Assembly: GCA_030264375.1 (NCBI GenBank)
Contig: JASCQW010000072.1
Coordinates: 65,992,855 to 66,056,854 of the forward strand
Direction of reading: 5' to 3'
DNA length: 64,000 nt
Source: Carcharhinus longimanus
Taxonomy: Eukaryota
Shown here: positions 52,990-64,000 of the stretch, piece by piece
Layout: the number at the start of each line of letters is the position of its first letter
Position numbering within the stretch: position 1 is the stretch's first letter
Translations under genes and position numbers: made by a program
The notes under the pieces: model-generated
What the model saw: the letters and a program-made list of their open reading frames with translations, nothing else
Database searches by the model: none
Told to the model about the DNA's origin: nothing

Positions 52990-54790
52990 GTAACTCACCT
53001 CCACAATCTACAAGGAACAAGTCAGAGGTCTGAGGAAAAACTTTCCACTTGTCTGGATGAGCGTAACTCATGAAGTTTGACACCATCTAGGACAAAGCAG
53101 CTTGTTTGATTGGCACACCAATATTCATTCCCTCTACCACCGGTGCACAGTGGCAGCAATGTATACTATCTACAAGATGCATTACAGCAATCACCAAGGC
53201 TCCGTCAACAGCAATGTCCAAACTTACAATCTCTACCACCTGAAAGGACAAGGGCAGCAGATACATGAGAACACCACCACTTGGAAATTCCCCTCCACAT
53301 CACTCACTATTCGACTTAGAATGATATCCATGATGTGGAGATGTCAGCATTGGACTGGGGTAAACACAGTAAGAAGTCTCACAACACCAGGTTAAAGTCC
53401 AACAGGTTTATTTGGTAGCAANNNNNNNNNNNNNNNNNNNNNNNNNNNNNNNNNNNNNNNNNNNNNNNNNNNNNNNNNNNNNNNNNNNNNNNNNNNNNNN
53501 NNNNNNNNNNNNNNNNNNNNNNNNNNNNNNNNNNNNNNNNNNNNNNNNNNNNNNNNNNNNNNNNNNNNNNNNNNNNNNNNNNNNNNNNNNNNNNNNNNNN
53601 NNNNNNNNNNNNNNNNNNNNNNNNNNNNNNNNNNNNNNNNNNNNNNNNNNNNNNNNNNNNNNNNNNNNNNNNNNNNNNNNNNNNNNNNNNNNNNNNNNNN
53701 NNNNNNNNNNNNNNNNNNNNNNNNNNNNNNNNNNNNNNNNNNNNNNNNNNNNNNNNNNNNNNNNNNNNNNNNNNNNNNNNNNNNNNNNNNNNNNNNNNNN
53801 NNNNNNNNNNNNNNNNNNNNNNNNNNNNNNNNNNNNNNNNNNNNNNNNNNNNNNNNNNNNNNNNNNNNNNNNNNNNNNNNNNNNNNNNNNNNNNNNNNNN
53901 NNNNNNNNNNNNNNNNNNNNNNNNNNNNNNNNNNNNNNNNNNNNNNNNNNNNNNNNNNNNNNNNNNNNNNNNNNNNNNNNNNNNNNNNNNNNNNNNNNNN
54001 NNNNNNNNNNNNNNNNNNNNNNNNNNNNNNNNNNNNNNNNNNNNNNNNNNNNNNNNNNNNNNNNNNNNNNNNNNNNNNNNNNNNNNNNNNNNNNNNNNNN
54101 NNNNNNNNNNNNNNNNNNNNNNNNNNNNNNNNNNNNNNNNNNNNNNNNNNNNNNNNNNNNNNNNNNNNNNNNNNNNNNNNNNNNNNNNNNNNNNNNNNNN
54201 NNNNNNNNNNNNNNNNNNNNNNNNNNNNNNNNNNNNNNNNNNNNNNNNNNNNNNNNNNNNNNNNNNNNNNNNNNNNNNNNNNACCCCCATGACTTGCCTG
54301 GGCTTGCAACATCTCACTTACTGTCCTGTCTGGAGACAATATACATCTCTTTAACCTGTACTTAATGCTATCTCCACTCACAGTGTCTGCACCTTTAAAA
54401 ATTGATTAGCTGTAAAGATTCACATTCTAATCAGTATTCTGTAAACTGTGTGTGCCTTTATATGCCCTGTTTGTGATCAGAACTCCCCACTTACTTGATG
54501 AAGGGGCAGAGCCCCAAAAGCTAGTGGTGTTTGCTACCAAATAAAGCTGTTGCACTTTAACCTGGTGTTGTGAGACTTCTTACTTAGAATGATATCACCA
54601 TTCCTTCATTGACTCTGTATCAGAATCCTGGAAGTCACTCTCTAACAGCACTGTGGATATGCCTATGCTACCTATACTGCAGTGGTTCAAGAAGGTGAAT
54701 CACCATCACATTCTCAAGGCAATTAGGGATTGGCAATAAATGCTTGCCTAGCCAGCGATTTCTACATCCTGCAAAAGAATGGAAAAAAGG
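52990..54790 (+). mobile_element. CR1-like LINE 3' end (family B) split by a PLE-like insertion
   Basis: Family B sequence stops at 53328 and resumes at 54597. Confidence 0.8.
53329..54581. mobile_element. Penelope-like non-autonomous insertion with inverted ends and 15-bp TSD (interior in gap)
   Basis: acttagaatgatatc at 53314-53328 and 54582-54596. Left end is the reverse complement of the right-end tail; mutated hammerhead ttgatgaaggggcagagccccaaaagcta at ~54495. Confidence 0.8.
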
Positions 54791-54912
54791 ATCCCAAAGA
54801 AATTGTCAATTTCACCATTTCCTATTTGAATACTTACATTGTACTTTGTGATACTATGCTTGCTGTGCCACATTAAACATATATTCTGGTCATTGGTAAT
54901 ACAGATCTTGAG

Positions 54913-55130
54913 TATTGAAAGCCTCTCATCTTGCATTCATCAGGTCAATTCACAAGAATGCTAAATGTAAAGGATCAGCAATTTATACAGTATGAGAAAA
55001 GTGTGCTTATTGATTGGCAAGCGCACTCTGATTGGTAGAGGTATTGTCAGAGAGATTGCACCAGATATTCCTTTACATTTGTACTTCTTATGAAATGTCC
55101 TGATGAGTATAAGATGAAAAGCTTCAATAA
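54913..55130. mobile_element. ~220-bp inverted-repeat element with a hammerhead motif in each arm
   Basis: Minus CTGATGA at 54943-54937, plus CTGATGA at 55100-55106; arms 54913-54974 and 55069-55129 are imperfect reverse complements. Confidence 0.7.
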
Positions 55131-55637
55131 AAATCTATTTTTTCCCAATAATATATTTTAGGAGCCTTTGTCTCTTCAGTATAGAGTCCCAACTATTGTC
55201 AAATGGCAAATACTATCCATGGGAATGAGTTTCCACTGCATAGTTGCAGGCCTGAAGCAAGTTCATCCTCAACTTAATTTTCCACTAAAGTAACTCAACA
55301 GTCTGTTGTGATCATGGAAATCTAACTAACCATAAAATCATACAGTGCAGAAGAAACCCTTCAGCACATCGAGTCTGCACCAACACCCAAGAAACACCTG
55401 ACCTCCCACCTAATCCCATTTGCCAGCACTTGACCCATAGCCTTGAATGTTATGACGTTTGCGAACTGAGCACCCACAAACATGATATACCATTGAAAAT
55501 AAAAGTGATTTGCTTTGAACTTCCTGTAGTATTTTGGATCTGAGAACATGAATTTCCTCAAAGCTTCACCCAGTTGTAAATCCAGGAGGGGGATCAACAG
55601 AGTCACTGAGAGTTCAGCTGGACCCATTTGCTCATCA

Positions 55638-55915
55638 GGGGCAGCACGATAGCACAATGGTTAGCACTGCTGCTTCACAGTGCCAGGGATCTGGGTTCAA
55701 TTCCTGGCTTGGGTCACTGTCTGCGTGAGTTTGCACATTCTCCCATTGTCTGCGTGGGTTTCCTCCAGGTTCTCCAGTTTCCTCTCACATTCTGAAAGAC
55801 GTGCTAGTTAAGTGCATTGACCCAAACAGATGCTGGACTGTGGCAACTAGGGGACTTTCACAGTAATTTCATTGCAGTGTTCACGTAAGCCTTACTTGTG
55901 ACTAATAAACTTTTA
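55638..55915 (+). mobile_element. V-SINE-like element with alternative tail
   Basis: HE1-like head and core, but tail ttcacagtaatttcattgcagtgttcacgtaagccttacttgtgactaataaa; sister copy at 61461. Confidence 0.82.
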
Positions 55916-56410
55916 CTCAAGATGTAATATGGGAACACAATCTCAGAATAAGACCACTTAGAATGCAAGGGGGTGAATCTTTGGAATTCTCTGCCCCAAA
56001 GGACAGTGGAAGCTTAGACATTGAATAGGTTCAAGACAGAAATCCATTTATTTCTGGATACTAATGACATCAAGGAATGTGGGGATAGTGGGAGACAAAT
56101 GGCGTAAGACTTCAGCCATGATCTATTTGAATGGCAGAGAAGCCTTGATGGGTTGAATGGTCAAATTGTACTCCCATTTCCTATATTCCTATGTTGAACA
56201 TAAGATGCACACTAAAATGTGCAAAACCTATGGAACTTGTAGGTTTTTCTGATTGGCAGTAAGGCTTTTAACAATATTGTAAACCCCAACAGACATGGAG
56301 CAAAGATTAGTGGAGCCCAGCACAAAAGATACAAATCAGCAAGCATTGAGTAAACCCTGGATAGGGGTCAGAAGTTGACTCAACAGTGCATTATGACAAT
56401 TGTAGATAAA

Positions 56411-56520
56411 GGGCGGGATTCTCTGATATCGCTCAGCCCCTTCCTGCCTGACAGCGAGAATGGAGAATTTGGTGCTCAGCCAAAACTCCATTCACTGCAG
56501 CAGCGCTAGAGAATCCTAGC
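56411..56520. mobile_element. Short MITE-like element
   Basis: gggcgggattctc ... gagaatcctagc imperfect terminal inverted repeats. Confidence 0.45.
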
Positions 56521-56909
56521 TGTGGACAAGATTGGAGGTTTGTAGCAAAAACATCTCAATGCAACAGAGTAAAATATTTATATGTAAGTGCTGTACAGTG
56601 TTTCATGACAAGAAATCAAAGTAGTGAACATGAGGAATATTCATTAAAAACATTATGAAATGAGCATTACACACTGTACCCACTTTGTTAACACAATCAC
56701 TATATTTATTGTCAAAACTCTTCAACGTACATTTTGGCATTGTTGCAATGGGAAATTTTGGTGGCAAGTGATCATATTCTTTATTTCAATTAAAAAAAAC
56801 AATCAGTCTCTTACATGACATTAGGAGAAGACATCAAAACATTTAAAAATGNNNNNNNNNNNNNNNNNNNNNNNNNNNNNNNNNNNNNNNNNNNNNNNNN
56901 NNNNNNNNC

Positions 56910-57120
56910 CCTTTTGAAGATTGAGTTTCATTTGGAAACTTGTTAACTGCCAAAAAATGATTTTGCAAAAGAAAAAGACATCATCTGTCAGTTTAAATTC
57001 CTCCATCATTGAATGGTGCAACTTTAAAATTGCAAAGAACATCATAAAACCCTATACAGCAGCGCAAACATCATTACTGCAGGAGATAATACATGTCCAG
57101 GGAACCGTAAAGCCTTATAT
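56910..57120 (+). pseudogene. hAT (Charlie/ZBED-like) transposase relic
   Basis: KLVNCQKMILQKK..SSIIEWCNFKIAKNIIKPYTAAQTSLL resembles the SYxVAYRIAKxKKPHTIxExLILP motif. Confidence 0.45.
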
Positions 57121-57673
57121 CAATAGCAGCAAAGATAGTGGAACCTTAACTCAAAGACATCAGAGAAATCAAAAATGTAATAGAGCAAACTTTCATAGGA
57201 CAGTTTAAGTTCAAAAAATCTTATTGAATTCTTTAAAGAAGAAACAGAAAACTGGATAAGGTAAATAAATGTATTAAAATAAACATATCTGGATTTTCAA
57301 AAAATCTTTGATAAACTAATTGATGATAGAGAACAGAACATGGAATCAGGATAGGTGGCAGAATGGATGACAACTTATCTGCACTAGGTTTATACAGAAA
57401 AAGATTGTAACAAATGCAAGAGGACATAAATAAACATGAAGAATGGGCAAATAAATATAGATAAGAATTAGAGAGTGCATTTTGTAGGAAGAGTAAAGAG
57501 GTCACATTCTGCTTGGACAATAAGTGTCTAGGTAAAGAATGAAGGGTGCAGGGAAGTAAAAAGATCTGGGATATAAATGCACAATTCACTACAAGTGACA
57601 GGTTGAGAAAGCAGAGCACAAAGTTTATTTCTAGAGGGATAGGATTGAAAAGCAGAGAAGCTGTGATTATCAT

Positions 57674-58380
57674 GGGCTGAATTTACAGCTCCTGAGACTG
57701 GGAAGGCAGGCAGGTGGACACTGAGTGCCATGTTCCTTGGGCCTACTGTCTGTCCCAAACCCACTGCAATTTAATCAGCAGCAGGCCCATCTGCCTCAGC
57801 TGATGCCTTTAAGTGGATGTGAAATGGTCACTTGCAGGTTCCCTGCTGCCTCTGGTGGAAGTTTGTCCATGGTGGGGATGGAGGCTGTTGCCAAATGTTC
57901 AGCCCGCTGCAATTCACTGTGATGGTGTGGGGTACGGGACTTAATGGGTAGACAAGGTGGGGTGCCTCCTTCTTGACACCACCTCCTCCCACACCCTGTA
58001 TTGTCTCACCCTAAATTTCACCTCCCTTCTCATCCACTACAACCCCCCCCCCAACACTCCAATTACCAGCTCCCCACCCTCCCTCACCAGGACCCAGCAA
58101 AAGCCCAAACTCACCTTTGATCCTTTTTTTTGTGGCTCATTCTCTGAGACTCATTACAGTTCCAACAGTGACCGTTGTTCCTGGTGTCACTGCTGGGCCC
58201 AAGGAGCTGCTAGTTATTTAATTGGCAGCAGCTCTCAGAAGCATCATGGGAGTGGGAGGCCTATCTCAAGGCCTAACGGCTGTTAAATTGCCACTGACTG
58301 AGATAGCCAAGCAGGGATGAGCTTGCTGTACCATTTACACTGGGGGGAGAGGGAGGCAGCTGAATCAGACAGTTCAGTCC
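57674..58380. mobile_element. GC-rich MITE-like element
   Basis: gggctgaatt ... agttcagtcc weak TIRs; interior 58160-58290 is homologous to 60100-60248 and similar to 15420-15570. Confidence 0.55.
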
Positions 58381-58382
58381 TC

Positions 58383-59255
58383 TATTAAGGCCCAGGCCAG
58401 AAACTCTAAAGTGTTTTATGAAGCTAGCCTAGACCTTCAGTTTTTACATTTGAATTTGACATGGATGAGCATAAGGTGTTTCACTCCAGGTATGATTTAA
58501 GCAACTCACTAGGAGATTTTATCAAACAAAGTTTATTTAAGAATACAGTTAAATATAATAAAAAGATTTAGCATAACTTTTACCACTTACAAGAATTATG
58601 CACGGCACAGTATAAATCTTAACAGCTAGCTATCTGTGTTGTTCCAAGTCAAACAACCATCTTATAGACATACACCACTGGCCAGATTTGGCACAAAAAG
58701 CAGGTATGATTATGTGATGCAGGATTTGAAGCTTTTTAACACCTGCTGTGAATTGGTGCTTTGAACTTTGGATCAAAACTCAGGCTTCCCAGTTCTGGGA
58801 CTTTCCAAAAGCCTCTGAAGAGAAAAGGAAACAGAGACACTGTCTGCCTTCCACCAGCTTCTAATAGCAACTCACAGACAGCAGAATTGCCAACTCAAGA
58901 GAGAGGGAAAAACCAGAGGCACTGCTTTCTGTCTCAAATCCAAACAGCATCTGAGAAAAATGAAACTAAAATCTTGGACTTTACTGTGGAAAAAAATGGC
59001 CCCCAGGCATATCACTTGACCTGTGAATCATCCAAAATCAAGCTCCACTCAGCAATCCCCAAAGGACCATAAAACCCCAGGACACTGCATTAGTCCAGAT
59101 TAAAATCAACATGATGCCCTTTATATTGCTTTGGTAACATTTAGGGAGACCAGGTGCATACAAAACAGTGCCAAAATAAAATGCTAAGAGCTGCTTGAAA
59201 AACCTGTAAAGAAACATGACTAAAATGCATTTCTTAAAGGCATGGTATAGTCACA
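58383..59255 (-). mobile_element. Solo LTR, same family as 38737-39590
   Basis: Reverse complement starts tgtgactataccatgcctttaag; 58395-58550 matches the reverse complement of 39420-39580. Confidence 0.8.
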
Positions 59256-61460
59256 TCTTTGTGTAGAACGTTGGCTGGACAACACAGTTCAGTATATTAC
59301 AAAAAATATATAGGGCATTGAAGAAAGTGCAAAAAAGAGTCAAAAAGATGATACCAGAACTGAGAGGTTATCGCTATCAAGAAAGATTGAACAAAATGTG
59401 ACCTGCTCGTGGATTTTTAAATAATGAGTGATTGGTAAGGTGAAAATAATTCCATTTGTGAGGGAAACTTAAATTAGTGGCCATATGTATAAGATAGTCA
59501 CTCATGAATGAATCCTAATAAGGAATTAAACCAAGACCTTTTTTAAGCAAGGAATGGTTGGGATGTGGAATACATTACCACATGGAATAGTTGAGAACAG
59601 CACTCAAGATGAACCTACACAAGGGAGAAGGGAATAAGGTGGAAGAGTTGATAGACTGAGATGTGGTAGAGTTGTAGGCACAGAGCAGTCGGGTCAAACA
59701 GTCTGTTTCTGTCCTATACACCAACGTAATTCAATGAAACAATTCACCAGCTAGACAAAAATGGAATTTATTGGTGGAAATCAATAAAAACTGAATTTAA
59801 TAAGAATAGAGGCAATGAAAGTGTTGCTGAAACTGTGTGTGTGATATCCCAGATGAGCAATAGGCCTTCGCAACACAGTGAAGATGTTGAGCTCATAGGG
59901 AGGAGAGGTGCTATGAATTATTAAGATACGATTGTAAGACAGCGTGATGACTTTGGGTCTGTTACAGTTAATGAAGTAGTAACTGTGGTTTAGGCACTAA
60001 TGATTAGGTAGGGTGGTAGGCAAGCAAAAACGGTCTGGAGCAAGAGTAGTCCATTCACTCTCTGGAACCCAGTCCTGTGATTCAATGAAATCATGTGCAG
60101 TTCCAGCAGTGGTCACTGCTCTTGGTGTCTGTGCTGGGTCCAAAGAGCTGGCCGCTATTTCATTGGTCAACAGCTCTCAGAAGCAGACCCTCCTCCATGA
60201 TGGGAGTGGAGAGCCCATCTCAAGACCCAGTGGCTGATAAATTGGCAGNNNNNNNNNNNNNNNNNGGGGGTGAGTTTGCCTCTGCCAGTTACATATTTTA
60301 ACCTTATCTATGTGCTTTGGCTCCATATTGCTTAGTACCCATGTCCAGCAAAAATCTCTCCAATCTTGACTTCCAAATTATTAATTGAACATTTACTGCT
60401 TTTTGTGGAAGAGTGTTCCACACTGCTGTAACTTTAGTTTTCCCAAGGCCGTTTACACATGCATTTTGACTGCTACTCCAGACACAAGCTTGTCACTTCC
60501 ATTTCCCTTTATTATATTCTGCATTCTGCCCTCTAACCTTTTTCAATCCTCCTCTCCTGTCATTATGCCTTCTTTCATTTCTCGATCCTCAAGTACTCTT
60601 TCCTTCCACATTCCTAATCCAAGGATTCCTTGATGTAATGACTTTGGATGTCCAACTGGGAAGGAATATAGGTTATTACAGAATGCAAAGTAAAAGCACA
60701 ATTGTGGTGGACACATATTAGTCTTTGCCTGGGTTTACAGATTAGCAGACCCAGTCTGGGCCTGACTTATAAAAGATTCAGGTAACGAGTTCTAGCTGGC
60801 CTCAGATTCACTGAGGGGGGGGGGGGGGGGGGGGGGGGGNNNNNNNNNNNNNNNNNNNNNNNNNNNNNNNNNNNNNNNNNNNNNNNNNNNNNNNNNNNNN
60901 NNNNNNNNNNNNNNNNNNNNNNNNNNNNNNNNNNNNNNNGCGGGACTCAGATTCAATGAATCCCCCCCCCACCACCCCCCCCCCAACTCCCCACGAAGAT
61001 CAATCAGTGATTCCCACAAACTTTGTGAGTGTTATCTCACTTGACCTTCCTACTGTCTTAGATAAACCTGCACCTTCCATCTGTGCCCTCCTTAGCATTC
61101 TCCAAAGGGCTCATTGAGGTGCTCACCAATACCTCCTCATAGTAAAAACTGCACATACTCCATCATTATTACATTCTCAGACTGTTTCTCCAACATCTTG
61201 TTCTAGATCCTAGGTCTAGAGCAGAAATTCTTTCCAATTAAATATTTGACTTCAGGCACCACACAGACATTGCTCATTCTACACCAATTCCCTGAAAACT
61301 GAGGCTGAGCCAGATTGTTTCTGGTGTCATTCTGACCCTGAGGTGAACTTTTAACCATTAATTGGCACTATCACTATTTCCACCTCCACACATTGCTAAA
61401 CACTGCCCCACCTCAACTCTTCTGCTGCTGAAATCCTCACTCATACCACTGCTACATCTA

Positions 61461-61935
61461 AGGGCAGCAGGATGGCATAGTGGTTATCATTGCTGCTTTA
61501 TAGTGCCAGGGACCCGGGTTCAATTCCCAGCTTGGATCACTGTTTGTGAAGAGTCTGCATGTTCTCCCTGTGTCTATGTGGGTTTTCTCTGGGTCCTCCA
61601 GTTTCGTCCCACAGTCTGAAAGATGTGCTAGTTAGGTGCATTGGCCATGCTAAATTCTCCCTCAGTGTGCCTGAATGTGGCGACTATGGGATTTTCACAA
61701 TAACTTCACTGCAATGTTAATGTAAGCNNNNNNNNNNNNNNNNNNNNNNNNNNNNNNNNNNNNNNNNNNNNNNNNNNNNNNNNNNNNNNNNNNNNNNNNN
61801 NNNNNNNNNNNNNNNNNNNNNNNNNNNAAATTCTCCCTCAGTGTGACTGAATGTGGCGACTATGGGATTTTCACAATAACTTCACTTCAATGTTAATGTA
61901 AGCCTACTTGTGACACTAATAAATAAACTTTAAAC
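61461..61935 (+). mobile_element. V-SINE-like element with alternative tail (spans gap)
   Basis: Same organisation as 55638-55915. Confidence 0.8.
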
Positions 61936-62340
61936 TTGCCGATTTCAACATTCCTGGATGGCCTCTCCCACACTACACCCTGTAAATCCGAGTTCATCCA
62001 AAACTCTGCTGTCTGCGTCCTAACTTGCACCAAGTCCCATTCACCTATCATTCCTGAGCTCACTGACCTACACTCCTGGTTAAGTAATGCCCTTATTTGC
62101 CCTCTATGGCCTTGCCCCTTGCCCATCACTGTAATCTCCTCCAGCTTGATAACACTCTGAAATAGCTGCATTTTTCTAATTCTGGTCTCTGGTTCATTCC
62201 TAATTTTATTCATACTGCCATTGGCAGCTTTTGATGAAGGCCCCTGGAATACCCTCTCCACACCTTTCTCCCTCACTTTCCTCCTTTAAGATACTCCTAA
62301 AACCTTCCTCATTGACCAAGCTTTTGTTTATCTGACTTAA
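61936..62340 (+). mobile_element. L2-like LINE 3' fragment
   Basis: FLDGLSHTTPCKSEFIQNSAVCVLTCTKSHSPIIPELTDLHSWL, typical L2 ORF2 C-terminus. Confidence 0.75.
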
Positions 62341-62569
62341 TGGCTGGTATTTTCTCATTCTGCCTGCCATGGGATTCAGAGCAGGTTGGGGTGGACCATG
62401 GAAACGTCTGTTGATCTCAGACAGGATTCTAGTTTCCGGACGAATGAGGCTATAAAATCCCACCCAATATCTCCTTATCTGGGCTTATTGTTATAGTTAG
62501 TTTTATAATGTGCTTTTGAGGTGCCTCAGGATTCAATAAATCAATGGCACTACATAAATACCAGTTGTG

Positions 62570-63500
62570 TTGTCAGCATTCCCCTGTCTACTACATCAGT
62601 TACTTCCCCAAAACATTCAATTAGGTTCATTAAACATGACCTGCCTCTTACACGTCCATGTTTGCACTCTCTAATCTGCTAAAATTTCTTAAGTACCTAG
62701 TCACCCCATTCTTAATTATAGATTCCAATGACTTACCCACATGAATTTAACAGATCTATAATTTCCTTCTCTTTCTCTCTCACCTTTCCTAAACACTGGA
62801 ATTAGGGCTTCACTTTTCCAATCTAAATGGGCAACTCCTGAATTGAGTGGAATTTGGAAGAGTATGGCTAAAGCATTTGCAAATTTCTCACCTCGCTTCT
62901 TGAAGTCCCAGGGGTGGAAGTTATCAGCTCCTCGAGCTCTGTCCGTCTTTCTTGCCATTATTGTTTCTGATCTTGCTCACACCAAGTTCACTGAGTTCTC
63001 TGTTTTTGATTCATTGTTCATTTCCCTGGAAGGTCAGACAGATTATCCTCTCCTTTTCCTGTGAAAACTGGCTGAGAAATTATTCAGCAAGTCTATCATT
63101 TTCCTGCATTCATTTGTAATGCACATCTATTTTTAAAGGTCCTGCATTATCTTTGACTACTCCTTTTCTTTCAATATAATTATCAAAACCTTTTTTTTAA
63201 TCTTCACATTCCTCACAGGTTTCTTTTCATTTTCACTTTTGCAGCATTTACTATCTTTCTTTCTATGTATCTCTTCCTGTTCTCTGGAGTACACAATTCG
63301 TTGCACTTTACTACAATTTAATGTTATCTTTCATTGCTTTTGTCAACTGTGACTCTTATTTGGTAAGTGGAAATCTCCCCCTTTGGGATAAATATTCGTT
63401 CAAGATTAAGCTTAATTCCTTTCTGGGAACCTTTCACTGTTCATCTATAGTTTGCCAGATAACCCAGTTTATAGCTGTCAGTCTCTGATTCATCTTATCC
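62570..63500 (-). mobile_element. Decayed CR1 LINE RT fragment
   Basis: ARGADNFHP...ALAILFQIPLNSGVAHLDWK...PVFRKGEREREGNYRSV. Confidence 0.8.
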
Positions 63501-63504
63501 TTAT

Positions 63505-63757
63505 CTTTTATTCATTCGAGGGATGTGGGTGTCTCTGGCTGGGCCAGCATTTATTGCCCATCCCTAATTACCCTTGCAAAGATGATGATGAGCTGTCTTC
63601 TTGAACCCACTGCGGTCCCTGTCGGTAACCCACAGTGCTGTTAGGGAGGAAGTTCTGAGATTTTGATCCAGCAGTAGTGGAGGAATATGATGTATTTCCA
63701 AGTCACGATGGTGAGTGGTTTGGAGGGGAACTCCCAGGTGATGGTGTTCCTAGGTAT
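63505..63757 (-). mobile_element. CR1-like LINE 3' end (family B)
   Basis: gggatgtgggtgtctctggctgggccagcatttattgcccatccctaa, the reverse of the family B tail. Confidence 0.82.
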
Positions 63758-63765
63758 CTGACAAG

Positions 63766-64000
63766 GGGTAGCATGGTGGCACAGTGGTTAGCATTGCTGT
63801 CTCACAGCTTTAGGGACCCAGGTTTGATTCCCGGCTTGGGTCACTGTCTGTGCGTAGTTTACATGTTCTCCCCATGTCTTTCCCCATGTGGGTTTCCTCC
63901 GGGTGCTCCTGTTTCTTCTCACAGTCAAAAATGTGTGGATTAGGTAGATTGGTTATACTAAATTGCCCTTTAGTGTCAGGGGGACTAGCTAGGGTAAGTG
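63766..64000 (+). mobile_element. HE1-like SINE (runs off window end)
   Basis: ggtggcacagtggttagcattgctgtctcacagc...ggtttgattccc A/B boxes plus V-like core. Confidence 0.88.

Larger units (their letters stand above)
57230..59730 (+). mobile_element. Decayed CR1 LINE hosting nested MITE and solo LTR
   Basis: YLDFQKIFD-like segment at ~57285; interrupted at ~57672 and resumes at ~59256 to a CR1 tail. Confidence 0.65.

Noticed and set aside
53379-54381. Long 312-329 aa ORFs (also 48395-49029)
   Set aside because: Made almost entirely of N-gap codons.
60814-60990. Poly-G and poly-C tracts flanking a gap
   Set aside because: Low-complexity sequence at contig ends; length unreliable.
61650-61905. 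Direct ~76-bp duplication either side of an N gap
   Set aside because: Near-identical overlap across a 100-N gap is typical of unmerged contig ends or haplotypes.

Overview
Eukaryotic, non-bacterial DNA. The HE1/V-SINE-like and CR1-like repeat content points to a cartilaginous fish, most likely a shark, in a draft assembly with several N gaps. The window is mostly intergenic or intronic and dominated by decayed transposable elements: CR1-type LINE fragments, HE1-like tRNA SINEs, Rex1/Babar and L2 fragments, Penelope-like element (PLE) ends carrying minimal hammerhead ribozyme motifs, two related solo LTRs, a frameshifted Gypsy gag relic, a hAT transposase relic and GC-rich MITE-like elements. 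A ~4.25 kb satellite of ~40-bp units occupies 1768-6022; each unit holds an RSS-heptamer-like CACAGTG, an AGCT and a small hairpin. No intact recognisable protein-coding gene was found. Four phase-compatible candidate minus-strand exons (46.9-41.7 kb) could encode an unidentified membrane or secreted protein. The best leads are the hammerhead-bearing inverted-repeat elements, the satellite and the candidate spliced gene. Repeat family names come from remembered consensus sequences, not database searches, and repeat boundaries are approximate.
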